This document shows, one piece after another, positions 26,018 through 39,322 of a DNA stretch of 64,000 nt (the first letter of the stretch is position 1; each line of letters opens with the position of its first letter). Source of the DNA: Lingula anatina. Its lineage: Eukaryota > Animalia > Brachiopoda. The translations under genes were made by a program, and so were the position numbers. The DNA is taken from positions 11,926,567 through 11,990,566 of the forward strand of contig CM120644.1 of assembly GCA_051362555.1 (NCBI GenBank). The letters are read 5' to 3'. A model generated the notes under the pieces. The model searched no databases and was not told where the DNA came from. It saw only the letters and a program-made list of their open reading frames with translations.

Positions 26018-26297
26018 AAGCGCGTTATTTCAATTTTTCCTAGCCTCAGCCATTTTTGGTGAATTCTCAATGATGTGACTGATGTAAGCAAGTGTGATGG
26101 CTGAGCTATGCTACATTGCGCCCCCCGTCCCCCGCCTACTTCACACACACACACACACACTCACCATAATAAGTTAATGAATTTCCAGATTCTCTACTTC
26201 GTCCTTGAAGTAGCCCTACGACGCCTTATCCATGCAACCAGAACGCAGCCAGTGTAATTTCCTAGTCAACAAAAATGACAAAGTAAGAAAAAATCAG

Positions 26298-26342
<45 letters not shown>

Positions 26343-27659
26343 GAATGTGGTATTTTGAAGTATGAGGTACACGCTTCCGTGTGTCTCATATCCGCCTTTT
26401 CCGACATCTGTCTAAGTCAATTAACAGAAAAGTTCTCACGAAAGAATAGAAATATTGATTCACAGTGAACAAAATGAAGTCAGAGAAGAATTTCATTAGC
26501 TGTGTTATGTTATAAGAATGATGTATTTTTTCTTCAGTCAACATCTCAATATTAGCTGCTGACTGAAGAAAAAATGACATTCTTTGAACGAAATCAAGGA
26601 GTTATAACCCCTTGACGAAATGAAGCGCGGACCTTCATTCCGACGTCAACGATGGAGGAGAACACATTCCAAATTTTAGGCACAACTAACACAATGAATT
26701 GAAGAAACCAAGCATCACATCACCGGAAGTGGAGCTTTCACTTGACAAAAAGTTGTCTATCGGATATGACATTTAAAAAAAATTAGCGTTTGTATTCTTT
26801 AATCAATTCATTTCATTTCGTTTATCTATTTAACAATTTCTTTTTTTATTCCTTTAAAACTCAGTATCATCTTCCTCGCTTCTCGTGTATATACTCTATA
26901 CTAAGATCTAATATATCCGTTTATTAGATCTTAGCTCTATATCAATGGAGGGCCCTGATACATGGTGTATATGTATAAAGGTTTAATAACCACAGCACCT
27001 AAATTTAGCCTACAGAACTATAATTCGATGAAAAGTTAATTTATAAAAACCACATTGCTATAGAAGTTGAAAATTATAAATAGTCTCTGGGGGTTGATCA
27101 GTCAAACCATGTTTTCATTTTTTCGGTCGTTTCTTGTCAAAGTAAATGTAAAGATTGGGTTTGAAGCCATGGTTTCCTGATATCAAATGGCATAGGCCTA
27201 CAATGCGCGTTGGCCGTTAACATTGCGAAAAAATTATGGAATTTCTAGAAATTTCAGTACCAAGGTTTTTCCATCCAACCCTTGTTTTTGACTCGAAATT
27301 TTCTCATTTCCAACGTCACCAGAGAAATTCAGTGGCTATCTCTATTATGATAGTGCCTCAAAAATTAGAAACTCAGAAACTTCTTTATGGATAGTAATAC
27401 TGATAACGGTTTTGGATTTGGTATACGGAGAAAAAGGACAAATATCCAGGAATATTGAAATCTTTAAAGGTGTAACACTCATCATTATGTGGCTTTCAAA
27501 CTGTTAATGGAAGCACTGTATCGTAAACCGCAAATTCTCCCATGTTAGACAAAATACTTCATGCTGGAAAGATCCAACACTAGCCACATCCCAACACAAC
27601 CCGACAACATTTCTACAAACTGAAATTCTCTCATATAACTTGCACGGGATAAGTGTCAC

Positions 27660-27833
27660 ATCCACCGGTGACGCGGCGCTTCTTAGCGGAACCGGGACGG
27701 GTGCAGCATTGACCCCTGGATGACGTCATTCAAATTTGCAAGTTGACCCACTGCGACTCTAAACAAGAACAACTGACTGGAGAGAGACGCTAGTGCTGCG
27801 ACTGCGACTGCCAGAATCACCTTGATAATCATC
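27660..27833 (+). promoter_or_regulatory. Probable promoter/5'-UTR of the Ly6 gene with a full CRE
   Basis: CpG-rich patch immediately before the ATG. TGACGTCA at 27721-27728 is flanked by two TTGACCC motifs (27710, 27744). Confidence 0.5.
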
Positions 27834-27882
27834 ATGAAATCTCTCGTATTTGCCCTCTCATTCCTCGGCTTCCTGTCTGTGG
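27834..27882 (+). CDS. Three-finger (Ly6/uPAR, quiver-like) GPI-anchored protein, exon 1 (signal peptide)
   Basis: ATCATG start, MKSLVFALSFLGFLSV(G), donor G|gtaagt in phase 1. This is the typical Ly6 signal-peptide exon. Confidence 0.85.
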
Positions 27883-28667
27883 GTAAGTTGACTGATCTCT
27901 GGGTATTTTTTAGACGCAGCTAAGGACGCTCTGTAGCGAAGAAGGACTGAGATAGGTCCACTTGAACGTTGAAATCTACAAGCAAAATGTACGTAATTTT
28001 CGTGACCTCATTTCCATCCCATGTGCCTGTGTAATGAAATCAACAGGTTGGTTTGAAAGAGTATGGGGTTAGATAAGTTCAATGTGCCACCTGGGCGTCG
28101 TAACTTTCACAACACATGAGTTTTATATTCTAGATTTAATATAGTCACAACCAATATAAACTAGTTCTAGTCTGTTACGATAGCGAGTAAGTCCTCGTGA
28201 TAATGTGGCTTTATTTCTGATGATGGACCTCGAAAGGAAAAGATGACTGATGTAGTAAGTTTTTGTGTATTTCACCGTCAAAATATCATGGATTTAAATC
28301 ACAGGAAGAAGTGCTCGAGACATCGTTTAAGTATTCAGCTTGCATTTTAGTAACCACGACAGAGAATGAACCTAGTAAAGTTTCTATTGTAAGTGCTGAG
28401 ACCCTTGTGTTTGTTTTTAATAAACTAGTCGGGCCTCTCGTTGTATGGTACACGTTGGTTAACAGTCCACGTAGCATGCTAAAGAGAGTTCAAGGTCTTG
28501 TTTCACAAGAGAAATCTCAGCTCGAAAATTGATCTAATATCTAAGACAAAATTAAGTCTACTTCACTTCATAACAAAGCCTTAGTTGTCTTATGTGATGT
28601 AACCATAGGCCAGAAATATTAACGGCTTTCTTGTTATAAAACAAGCACACTATTTTAACTGGACTAC

Positions 28668-28965
28668 CGGTGTGACTGAAATGCGCAATACAGCGCAACA
28701 CAGTGCAATACACTTCAAAAATCAAATCCAGTTGCAATTACACAAAAGAAATGACCATTCCCAGCAAAGTAGGGTGATATAAAAACAACCTATATTACTG
28801 GGTAAGTAATATTGTTGATATAACTTAACAAATCAGCAAGACTTTAATATTGCCCAGTTGGCAGCCAAGTTGGTGAGTGGCTCTTCTTGGATATATTACT
28901 GGCCAAGAAGAGCTACTCGCCAACATGGCGGTTGCAGTGTATTGCGCATTTCAGTCACACCCCTG
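28668..28965. mobile_element. Non-autonomous DNA element (possibly hAT-like) in Ly6 intron 1
   Basis: TIR GGTGTGACTGAAATGCGCAATACA / TGTATTGCGCATTTCAGTCACACC. GGACTACC is repeated at both flanks. Confidence 0.75.
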
Positions 28966-31900
28966 GACTACCACTGCTTGAGCTTGGATCAAAGAAAACT
29001 TTAATTTTTTTGTGTAAAAATTTATATTTATTTAGACCGAAGTTATGCTGCATATGCCATTGTAATGCTGAAAATATATTATAAACCGATGTAGCAATAT
29101 ATTTAAATAGACTACCATTGCAGCCTTGCTTAATATATGAGATATATATATCTAAATGACCACTGACTGAGAAGTCTTATTTGCAACTCCCGTTTGTGGA
29201 TATTAAAAACGCAGTCCATTCACAATTCGTGGATACAGTGAAAGTTAGTAAAGACAACATTGATGTCTGCACACCCCCATTAAACAGCATTCAGTTATCA
29301 CTGAGGCCTATGACTACAAACCAACTCTATTCATAACTAACCCTGTTTATTTATCAAACTTGCGTTATCATTGTCCACTTGATTTTGGTTTATTGCAGCC
29401 CATAAATTTCTTTTTCGCCTGTATAACTTCTAATGAAATGGCTCAGTATTTTTATTTTAACCGGAATACGACAAAAACACTGGACCAAAAAACTGTCCGT
29501 GAGAGTTAAACCAAATTCAACTTAACTCCATGTTGTGTTTGCAAGTATCTTAACTATTCGTATCCTTATCAAAGTGGAGCGACTCTCAACTTTTGGCTTG
29601 GCGACGCTACTCATATTGAACAACCGATAAACGAAACCCTTTCCCATTTTGCTTGTCCATTTGAACGTGCTGTTGGGAGACAAACATGAGACTATTCCCA
29701 TTGTCTGTGACAGTCTGGGCCCGCTCAAGCGGTTAAAAATTCTGACTGATTGTAATGGCAATAGTTCTCCAACTGGAGTGCACTTTTTATACAGAAGCAG
29801 CAGTATGCGTGTTGACACGTAACGCTTGGGGTCTCCCCAAACAATATAAACTGACCAGAATGTTACATCACAAAGTCTAGCCCTATATTTTCAAGTGAGA
29901 AATGACCGCTGGGGTTTAGAGTGTGAAGTTAATTGTATGTAATTAAGTTCAATTGTTCACCATGTCTACCTACCTGCGCTGTATAATGTTATTCCAGGCG
30001 GGGTACTGGTGACGTGAAAGTTTATTACCTGTTCTTTGTAACAGGTGTGTAAAAATGTTTGCTTAAAGACCGCAAAAGAAAGAACCTATTAAAGGCGTTG
30101 TTTAATGTAAATAGTCTTGACAGCTTGATACAGAAAGCTGAAGGTGAAATTTAATTCGACTCGTTTAAGACGCAATGTAATGTTTGGAAAATTTGGAAGA
30201 GACACGTTTTCTAGACACGATGAACACTTCTGACATTTGAACGCAGAAATATATCGCACTATTTTCAAGTCATTTTACCGAATGATTTATGAAGAGATGC
30301 GCACGGTGTTCATGTGGTCTGTCACGCCAGTGTCTGGAATACTTTATGCAGTTTATCATTTATGCTGTGCAGAAACCTCTCTTATATCATTTATTTACCT
30401 TTGTGTATTATTTGACTTTTTTCGAAAGCACTGTTTGAGAGAGAGAGAGAGAGAGGGGGGGAGAGGGAGAGAGAAAGGGGGGTGGGGGGTCCCATCACTT
30501 TAGACAATTTCTACAGAGCGTGCTTTCTTATTTAATTTTTGAACCCATTCCCACACATTTCTCCTGGCCACGCACTGATATATGTCACCACAGATAGCAG
30601 AGAGCCGGAGGCAAGGAAACACGCGATAGTCGCAGTATTTATTATCTTCTGTGTCAACAACATGGCAGGTACCCGATACTATACCATGTGTACTGAGCTA
30701 AATATTATCTGTCCTGTTAACATATGTAAATGGCCATGTAGGACGAGGAAATTAGAACATTTAGCGTTCATTGTGGGGGCTATTTTAACCCAATACAAAA
30801 CGGGTATGGGTCATAGAATAAGATGCACTTTAAATATCGATGTTTTATTTGTCTGAATTTCCTTCTGATCTAAGAAAAATATTTTGAGTTAAAAAAAAAA
30901 ACAGGTTAAGGGATATTGAACAGATATCAATATTGAAATAATTTTCGCAACTGGGTCTTTTTAGTCCCCCGTCCTTTTGTCATCATAAGTAAGTGACATT
31001 GACGAGAGGCACATTCATGTTTTCTATTTCTTTTGCCTTGAGATTCAAGTGTGATTTTGTTTATATAAGCTGGGGCTTCGGTTGGATACAAAACGTCTGT
31101 GAAATATTGTTTACATACTACATGTAGTATAAATGTTGGTTTCAGCAAATGAAGCAATCGCTCTCACTCGTGATAAACACCATGAATACATCAACGCGGG
31201 TTCCCTCTTTTTCGTCGTCATGTTTTTGTCTTTTATGTATTTATTTAAACGATTATTAACAAGATTTTTATGTCGTCAATATTTAAACGCGGAAAGGGTT
31301 TAATTGATAAATACTACAACTAGCACTCCTACAAGGTTACGCGGTTTAAGAAATTCCACAGTCTCGTCTTACTATTCTATCTTCAGTCCTTTGCCCTTCC
31401 CTGTCGAGAAACAAAAATGTAAAGGTCCTGATTATTTAGCATAAATTTGGGGACAAACGGATGTGCTAAAGAAAGAGATGAAGGTACTGACACAACACGC
31501 GTATAGCATCAAGATTCAACGTACTAGTTCTAGGAAAATTGCCTATACGCAGACAAAGGCAGGGGTTTGTTGGACTTACGTCGTATTCATCTCGAGGACA
31601 CAGTCAAACATTGGAGTACCCGGATAGAGATACAATGTTTTGAGTATGTTCAAAAGTAATTGCCTACGCTGCTTATATCTTCATTTTAATTAGCTGGAAA
31701 CAAGGATATTTCAAACGCTCAGGATTGTGCGTATAATCCGTGTCACAAACGATACTTCTTTATGCTAGGAAACAGATCCTTAAAAACGAACTGCGAAAAT
31801 GATTACCTCTGCGTGTTCACAATGCGATAGTTGCGACAAACGTCGCATTTCTATTAGAATGGGAAAACTGAGGTGTACCCTAGTGCTATGGTATGCCAGT

Positions 31901-31995
31901 AAATACTAGAATACATAAAGACAAAAAATACCCCTATATATATACTATATCTCACCTGTGAAATACATAATGATATCAATATCTTTGCAATACAG

Positions 31996-32142
31996 GGACC
32001 GCCATCAAATGCTACGTCTGCAACAACGGCGACCCTAACTGCGGTGAGACATTGGCGGCTACAGCAGACGACCCTGCTTACGTCCAAGACTGCCCCAACA
32101 CCAACGGCTGCATGAAGATCGACGCCACCCACATTGGAACTG
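31996..32142 (+). CDS. Ly6 protein exon 2 (constant N-terminal half of the LU domain, Cys1-5)
   Basis: Acceptor tttgcaatacag and donor G|gtacgt; phase 1-1, 147 nt. Translates (G)TAIKCYVCNNGDPNCGETLAATADDPAYVQDCPNTNGCMKIDATHIGT, with the IKCYxC and CMK motifs. Confidence 0.92.
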
Positions 32143-33543
32143 GTACGTGCTGACTATTTGAACCGGTGCTATAACTTACTTGTTGGGGGCCTGTTTGGCA
32201 TTGGTTGTGGTTAACATTAAATATTACGCTTTGCAGATGTTTTAAAATGTGATAATTTTATAGACTTTGCCAGTAAAATAGATACAATAGAAATGATATT
32301 CACAATTTGGATGCTTAAATGGGTTTTGGTTAATTTTGTACGGTGTTTATCTGACGGTCATAATTTCAGATATTTTTCTTTAATTGTTTATTTGTTAAAT
32401 GACATTTATTTGTTAAAATGACATTTACTTTGACATTGTATGTTTAGATAGATTTTTTTTCTCATAAGTTTTATTCTAACTTTATATAATTAAGTTTTGC
32501 TTCATGCTTTGCTAACTAACATACTAACCTACACTTCATGCCCTAACCACGATGCTAATAACTATGTTTATGTACGTACTCTTTAGCGTAGTGCCTGCTT
32601 CCCATTGGCTACATTTAGCATGATATTACTCCGCAAAATGCTGCTCTTTGCCTAAAGACTCCTCAGTGAATATTCTCACCTTTTTCACTGCCCTGCTGTA
32701 ACCTTGGAGATAAACACCATGTACTCGGTTCTAAACGCCATCGCCTCTTTTTGTCACTTTCCTAGAGTCTTCCTGCAGTCTTTTCTAGTTTGAAAAACGT
32801 TATTAGTGTAGTTTGACCTTGACCTGTGATTGACTTTCACGCAGCCCTTAACCCCATTGAGAGCTCGAAGTCTTCAAGTTGGAAGTAAGTTTTAACCCGA
32901 GAGGTTTTCACACGTGTGCTGTTTATCGTTTGCTGTTTGACTACGTGAACTTGCGTGTTTTCACTGTGTGCTCACATTCGTGTCTTAAAAATGCTGGTGC
33001 TGCCACCTAACGGAAATGCCGTCAAATGCGGTTTTGATCTATTAAGGTACCTTTTTGTCAAACACTCCTTAGAACAAAAGCTAAAAATAACATGAATTGT
33101 TTAAAAATAATAATAAATTGAATATCATATTAACTTGCATTAAAAAGAAAACAAACCAGCTTACTCTTTGCGTTTGACATTTACGTAGATTTTGAATCTG
33201 TCTTCTTGTTTGAAGTGCTGTTCGTATTTGCAGTGAGCTTAATAGCAACATAAATTAAAAGCAAATGTGTTTGCGTATTATGATAGCAAATGAAAACAAA
33301 CCGTTATTCTGTTTAGCTACTTGTACAATTCTTCTTCGGAAAATGTGGATTAAAGGAAATCATCACAAATATAAATCTTTCGAACTGAGGATATCTGGGT
33401 CATTTAGTACAAACCAGAAACGAATTAAATGAGAATCAAGATATTCTGAGTCAAGCAAATTAAAAAACGGTTGGTTTTTGTTGTTGCGTATAGTGAGGCG
33501 TGTACCGGAAGTAGTAGAACTCACGTGACCGTGTCGTTGTTAG

Positions 33544-33764
33544 ATAAGAAGACCCAAGATGCCAAGAGGGTGGTCATCCGGAAGTGCTTTTACACAGTCA
33601 CTCCGCAGACGGACACTTGCAAGGTCTACACTCAGGGAAATCTACGGGGAATCCACTGCATGTGTACCGGAGCCCTCTGCAACTCCGGAAGTGGCGTCAA
33701 CACAAACCTCGTAGTGCTGGCTTTCTCAGTTTTAGTTGCTGCTATTTTTAGTCGTCTTATCTGA
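33544..33764 (+). CDS. Ly6 protein alternative terminal exon 3a (138-aa isoform)
   Basis: Acceptor ttgttag, phase 1. (D)KKTQDAKRVVIRKCFYTVTPQTDTCKVYTQGNLRGIHCMCTGALCNSGSGVNTNLVVLAFSVLVAAIFSRLI* has 5 Cys, the CN motif and a GPI signal. An in-frame alternative AG precedes 33559. AATAAA at 34802-34807. Confidence 0.9.
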
Positions 33765-34031
33765 CTTTTGTCACTGTATTTCGGCCAACTGGTTTTAAGA
33801 GGGCGATATTGTTATGTTTTTTCCTTCACAGGAATTGTTCATCAAACACAGATTGAAAAAAATACAGCATTGAATAGATGTCACAATTTTATCTCTATGC
33901 TCCTACACATAGTTTTGATGGGAGTTGTAAGCACCGCAGTATATCATTGGCACAATGAGTCTTAAAGAATATGTATCATATACATGACACATTCAACATC
34001 CACGATATCTTCTGTATAAATGCGAAACTGA

Positions 34032-34279
34032 GGGACCATTCCCACAGATATTTGGATCGATCTATCTCCCTGGGGGTCTCACTAAATTGCTGTCATCTTT
34101 TTTCACGGCTGAAATGTCTGTCACGCCTAGAAAAACTGTTAAGGGATAATTATCTTTACCCCTTAGCTGATTTGATAGGTGTGGCAGATATTAAGCCGGT
34201 TAGTTCATAACAATTTAGTGAGACTCCCCAGGGAGTTAGATCGATCCAGATGGATCGATCTATGTATGGTAACCCAGTC
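34032..34279. mobile_element. MITE family A variant in the putative 3'-UTR of exon 3a
   Basis: GGGACCATTCCCACAGA...GATCGATCTATCTCCCTGGGGGTCTCACTAAATTG is mirrored by CAATTTAGTGAGACTCCCAGGGAGTTAGATCGATC. Confidence 0.8.
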
Positions 34280-35798
34280 AGAGGCTGGTAACTACCTTGA
34301 AAAAGAACTAGGCCTACCCAACGTTGGCGTCACTTCTGTCTGGTGCTGAGCTGTGGATTTGTGAGCTAATTAATGACAAGGTTTATGGTATACTATACGC
34401 GTGTACAATGTCCCAAATTCTTATGTATTTGTCAAAATACTTTGTAAAGCCAGTTATTACATCTTAAATTCAGAGCGTTAAAAAGATAAAACCGAAGTTA
34501 TATCAGAAAGACATGATGGTCTTAATGATTTGTTTAGAACATTAGTTTTTAAATTAAGACTTCCAGCCATGCAGGAAAAGGTCGAGCAATTATTTCTGAC
34601 TAGGAGAAGATTGCCTTTTTTCTCGTTAAAAATTAGGTTTGGCGCAAAAAAAATCCGTATGGTGGACTTTTAACAATAATTGAGTCACAGCGTGGTAGCT
34701 CGTTTTTTTGTTTTTTTTACAACCTGTCAGAACACATGTTGTTGTTGGCGTATATTTTCACATTTTTGTGATGGACCCCACTTTTATACACCAAGTACTA
34801 AAATAAATTATTTGGTTGTTTTATCTTTGTTCCTTCAAATTTAATCTTGAATGGAAAGGTCGGGGTGTGGAGGATAAGTTTTACCACTGCCTAATTTTAC
34901 AGCGGTATCGTTTATGTGCAATATGACATGCGCGTTGTGGTGTTGGACGACACGTGGTGTTTTAAATGTAATAAGAGCATGCACTGCAGGGTTTGTTTGC
35001 ACGTTCGGCATGGGCATGATTTTATTCCCCGGCGTAAATTCTGGAATTCTGAATGATGTTAAAAATGAAACCAATGACGCATTGTATTTGCATGATGGGC
35101 ATGACTTTAGACCGAATAATCCCGGCGTGATCGCATTCGCATTTGATTTGAAGGCCTTATTCCCAACCCCTCCGCTTACACATACAACTGTACACCCAAA
35201 CACAAAAATGGTCCGAATAATCCCAACAAGAAAAAAATTCTTTGCCATAGATATCATTCATGACAGTGCTTTGTTATATTATAATACTCTGCTACTTATT
35301 TACGACAAAGCTTATTAGCATATCGACACCATTATAAGGCGATATCCTGTACCAAAGTCAATCTTATTTTCTGAACTTCTGTGCCTTACTGTCCTTTGTA
35401 TTGTAACAACCTTACCCTAGGGCTGAAGTGGGAGGGGGACACGGATTTGCATGCATGACAAAAAGCATTGGCAGATGCAGGGGAGGAGAGTGGGCCAGGG
35501 GATGGGGAAGTTCCCAAAATTGGGTTCTCGCTCCTTTTAAAGCCCCGGTCCAAACTTAATAGTTTTGGAGAGCTACTGTATTTTATGAAGTACATTCATA
35601 ATTATATTCACCATACATTTACATGAGATTTTAGGCTTTCACGAGCATTTATCACTATCTTGAGATGAAGACATGCCATCGGATTGCATGCAAACAGCAT
35701 TCACGAACAAGTGAATGTTGAAGTCAATATAAGTCCAAAAATGTATATTGAAAAAAAAAATGCAATTCATTCTCAGCACGTGTACATTTATCCTGTAG

Positions 35799-36004
35799 GC
35801 AAACGTGTTATTCAGAGAAAATGTTTCTATACCACGACCGCACAGAACGAGAAATGCGACAACTACCAGCAAGGCGACCTCAAAGGATCCCAGTGCTATT
35901 GTAAAAGCGGCGATTTATGCAACACCGGAAGTCACGTGGCCCTCAACACTCTCCTCCTTATGGCGGCTGCGGTGGCAGGAATGATTTTGAAAAGGGTTTT
36001 GTAG
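35799..36004 (+). CDS. Ly6 protein alternative terminal exon 3b (133-aa isoform)
   Basis: Acceptor tttatcctgtag, phase 1. (G)KRVIQRKCFYTTTAQNEKCDNYQQGDLKGSQCYCKSGDLCNTGSHVALNTLLLMAAAVAGMILKRVL*. AATAAA at 36510-36520. Confidence 0.9.
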
Positions 36005-37509
36005 ACTTCACGATGGATTCTTACTTTATAATGTCACTATTTGGACGCTGTACGAAAAGAAACGTGTAGCTTCTAAGAACAGTTGTGAAATAGAAAAAAA
36101 GGAAAATTGAAATAATGAAGTATTATATTTTAAAAGACAGTGCAATCACACTATGTGCGATAACTGGATTCATTGACGTATTGTTTCGATCAAGGAATAT
36201 TTAGTGAAAAATTCTCAGAGAGTTTTTCTCGTTTTCAGTATTAACTTTATCTATCTAATGTATGGTCAAAGACCACGATCAGGCCATTTTTGGTCACAAT
36301 GTGTTGTGTAGTATTTATGACTTTAAATTCAAATGTGAAACATTCAAATTGTATTAAGCGCGGCCAATTTATGACCATGTGGAGTTTTTTAAAGTTATTA
36401 ATAGTTGACAATATTTATAATTACCATTACACATATTTTAACAATCAGAAAGCGCATGCAGAATTTACATCGATAACACTACTTGTGGAAAACAAACATA
36501 GGCATTTCAAATAAAATAAACATATACCAACGCTTAATTTAGAACAGAAATACACATTGATTTTCTGCTTTTCTAGAATAATGTGTTATGATTGTTTTAT
36601 TTAAGAAACAAACGTATTGTTTCTTCAAGATGAAGGACAAATTAGGAGCTGGAAAAATATTTTATTGACAAGAAGGGTCTATTATTGTCAGGGGGCATTC
36701 TGGTAAATTGTTGTTACCTCCCTTCCAAAATAAGAATCTAAAAATTTAAAAATTGAGGCAAACTCTTTGAAACTCTTGCCATATTTCACTCTAGACTGTG
36801 ATGTGAGCCGATTATTCAATAACGAAATCAAGAAGGTTCTCGCTCTATCTGATATCACGTTAGGCCAAACTAAAATTTAATGCCCAGAGATACCATATCG
36901 TCCTCAGTGGAACAATGCGCACTCTGGCACTCTGGCGAGGATAAAAGACGGTAGAAGTGTCGGGAAAGATAATACCATCACGACATTGCAGCCTCGGGAT
37001 CTACGGTAATTATGCATGTGTTCTCGTGTATTTTGAAATAAAAAGGAAAACCTTTTACTCGTAGAACATAATCTACTCGTGTGTATATGTGAACTTAATG
37101 TGGTTGTGGATAAACTAATAGGAATGGCACGAAGGGACGGTAAACAGACGACTGTTGAAGGTGTGAGACGCCGTCGAGAAACCTTCAGAATGTTCTGCAA
37201 TAGTTCAACAGTGGCAGAGGGAAGGATAATACCATAACAGTAACCACAGTTATACAACTTAAATACGTCTTTCTGCTTTAGCCTTCTAGAGGTTTCTGTG
37301 GCTTTAAAGCTTAACGAAGTATTCGTAGTCGGCGCAAACATTGGCCTTTTCCATCAAAATAGGCTTTTTTGACGCAAGCTGGTTTTTGGTTCAGGCTTTA
37401 CTTCTATTAAAATTTAAAAAAAACTGGTAAAAACTTTACTTTAAGACGCATATTCCTGTAATAAAAGGCATTTAATGCTCTGTCTGTAGTTGAAACTTTA
37501 TTTTCATAG

Positions 37510-37706
37510 GACACCGTATGATTATCAGAAAGTGCCTCTATACTACGACTGAACAAAACGAGAAGTGCGCTGTTTATCAACAGAACCAACTGAAGGGTCA
37601 ACATTGTTACTGCAAGGACAAGGACCTATGTAACGCCGGAAGTGGCATGTCCTTCAACTTCTTCATCACTATGGCACTAGTGTTCTTTTCGAGATGGCTC
37701 CTCTAA
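37510..37706 (+). CDS. Ly6 protein alternative terminal exon 3c (130-aa isoform)
   Basis: Acceptor ttattttcatag, phase 1. (G)HRMIIRKCLYTTTEQNEKCAVYQQNQLKGQHCYCKDKDLCNAGSGMSFNFFITMALVFFSRWLL*. AATAAA at 38194-38199. Confidence 0.9.
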
Positions 37707-39322
37707 ATAATGATGGCGTTAAAAGATTATTAGTCTTGTACAATGACATTCTGCAGCAGTGAGAAAAAGAACATTTACTGACAGACGCTGCTATGCAGTG
37801 AAAACCTTTAAAGCTAAAAGTGGATGTGAACACTAGATGCAGATTTTACCCTGTTAGAGGAGGAGTCTGTAACGAGGCTGGTGTCCTGTATTAACAATTT
37901 AATTGTCTTATTTTCGGACATGTGCGACCACAGTGATTGGAAACGGAACGTCTCTCTGTTGTTTTAAACTGATAGAAATTGCCTGTATGGCTAGACTACA
38001 GATGAAGTACGAAAGTAGATTGTGTGGGTGTTTTTTTCGCACGATTTTGTTTGTATCTAGATACATATACTTGTATTTTGAAATTCTTTTTTATGTAGTT
38101 AGTTTTTACTGTATTACAAATTTGAAGCACTGCCTCTAAATTATGAGCATAAACGCTTGAGGATAAAAAAACTCGTTTTTTCGTTGATAAACCAATAAAA
38201 ATGCTTTTTATTATGCTCAGCACACATCTGATCAGATAAATGAGTTTTATAATTGACATTTAGACGCCCAAATAAACATTTCTCACAAAAAATGCAACTT
38301 TTTACTTTGATAGTAGATCTCGCCGCTGTGTTTATAGGAATATATCTAACAACTTAGTAACCAAACACAACAAGAATTTGCCAGGTGGGCCATTATAATG
38401 GCCTCCACAAAAGCAATCATAAAACATCTGGAAAGCCGATATCTCTCAACTGAAGCAGTCTCCTGGTGAACTGATCAAATAATAAAATCTCAAAACACTG
38501 TTAGTGGATTTAGCTACAAGGCGATGAAATGTGCTACGGAATTTTTGTATGTGGACGTTTCTCATCAATAAGAAGCGATGCGTTTGTCGTTTTTTTTTTA
38601 ATTGTAATTTTATGGAATATTTGCAAACGTGCAAGACACCCCGCCCCTCTTTCCACGCTGGAAGTTTTATACACCCTACAATATAATCCCTCCCACCCTA
38701 AACCATCAATATGTTTTATTCCTTTTGACCCATTGGCCTTTTCACCAACAGGAAGACGGTCAGTGGTGTTATTCCTTCTCCACAATGTAGTGCAGAAACT
38801 ATGTGTCCATCTTTTTTTCTAAGGTATCTTCTTCTTTTAGGAAGGCCTGTTCTAACGCTACTACGCTCCTAACATAGAATAACTGGTTTGATTTTACCTT
38901 TGATCGGCCGTCTAACTAGATTTGCTAAGTGGAAACAGCTATTGCTGAGTTTATTGGAACTGAGCTTAGATAGTTACGAACTGATGTTATTATTATATTT
39001 GGGTAATTTAAACGGGTCGATAGGCTTACATACTCCTCACCGTGCGTCTGTTAGTAGGCTAGTATGCCCGGCGTTGATCACCACCCCGTAATCATATTTG
39101 AAAGTCTCATGCAGAGCAGAACCCGACGTCTCAACGCAACATAACTTCAGTAGAATCACCCCATCTGGCGAATGACGGCGAGCAAATAGGGGGGCTTATC
39201 CTTTCTTTCCTCGTTCGAAAGTGCAGATTCCCGTAGCCTTCCCGTAGCGTAGACCTAACATTAATTTAACAAAAATAATGTAGCTGTCGGACACGTTTTA
39301 ACTATTGACTACCAATTTTTAG

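Noticed and set aside
31854-32132. 92-aa minus-strand ORF
   Set aside because: It is the antisense shadow of Ly6 exon 2.
34841-35318. Overlapping 138-aa and 134-aa ORFs on opposite strands
   Set aside because: No recognisable motifs or supporting splice structure; probably repeat-derived sequence between exons 3a and 3b.
36904-37341. 145-aa minus-strand ORF between exons 3b and 3c
   Set aside because: No recognisable family or protein-like pattern, and the + strand has no Cys pattern of a Ly6 exon 2.
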